A stretch of DNA of 26,371 nt from an uncultured delta proteobacterium (lineage in GTDB: Bacteria; Desulfobacterota; Binatia; Bin18). The stretch spans positions 1 to 26,371 of the forward strand of contig CAVTCR010000079.1 in NCBI GenBank assembly GCA_963733195.1. Direction: 5' to 3'. This document shows, one piece after another, positions 26,085 to 26,371 of the stretch; the first letter of the stretch is position 1; each line of letters begins with the position of its first letter. The translations under genes were made by a program, and so were the position numbers. The notes under the pieces were generated by a model, which was not told the DNA's origin, did not search any database, and worked only from the letters and a program-made list of their open reading frames with translations.

Positions 26085-26371
26085 TTATTTCGCTGTCAGA
26101 ATCCACGTAACGATTAGGTCAAGGTCAGTATTCGGTATGTCGGAGTGCGCAGGCATGGGAATCATGCCCCACACTCCCGCGCTGCCATTTTTCACCTGCC
26201 TGACAAGGTACGTGGCTGCGTCCGTCTGGGTGCGATATTTTGCTGCAACATCTTTGAACGCCGGCCCAATGCCTTTCGTTGCCACGGTGTGACACGCCAC
26301 GCAGCCGTACTTCGCCAACATCCCTTCCACCCCGCCGCAGGCAACGCAGATTGCAGCGAAACCTGGGGAAC
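26085..26371 (-). CDS. Class I cytochrome c (c551/c552-like), 5' end outside the window
   Basis: CVACH heme motif, IGPAFKDVAAKY, GVWGMIPMP (Met ligand); frame open to the window edge. Confidence 0.85.
   Translation of the reverse strand, partial: SPGFAAICVACGGVEGMLAKYGCVACHTVATKGIGPAFKDVAAKYRTQTDAATYLVRQVKNGSAGVWGMIPMPAHSDIPNTDLDLIVTWILTAK

Overview
Bacterial accessory region of moderately high GC. The gene content (expanded orphan ABC substrate-binding proteins, tandem amidohydrolases, an LLM-class F420 oxidoreductase, a Sec-type redoxin) resembles uncultured Binatota/Deltaproteobacteria-like genomes; this is an inference. (1) 1-8.75 kb: a tandem array of PF04392-type substrate-binding protein (SBP) paralogues, all ending ...ADRIIR*, alternating with variable cargo (HicAB; DUF5678 + retropepsin; a Cys redoxin; a probable selenocysteine redoxin with a SECIS-like hairpin). 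It ends in a Cache-HAMP histidine kinase and a single-domain response regulator. The SBPs, the kinase and the second redoxin carry many indels (real decay or unpolished reads). (2) 9-14 kb: GlxA/AraC regulator, isonitrile hydratase-like DJ-1 protein, DUF1272, MAPEG, alpha/beta hydrolase and a class II cAMP phosphodiesterase. (3) 14-17 kb: an intact IS110 element inserted at a TTCTGAG core inside a GTCATT-type palindromic repeat, with a structured bridge-RNA-like leader, then an mscS remnant, HigBA and copies of an unexplained three-copy intergenic repeat. (4) 17-23.5 kb: catabolic genes (two amidohydrolases, VOC protein, ICL/PEP-mutase-family enzyme lacking the usual catalytic Cys, LLM-F420 oxidoreductase). 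(5) 23.6-26.4 kb: the distal end of a minus-strand integron cassette array with no integrase in the window. It holds cytochrome c, DedA + ICMT and MazEF cassettes, two complete attC sites, one truncated attC, and a 97-bp MITE inserted exactly in an attC R' box.
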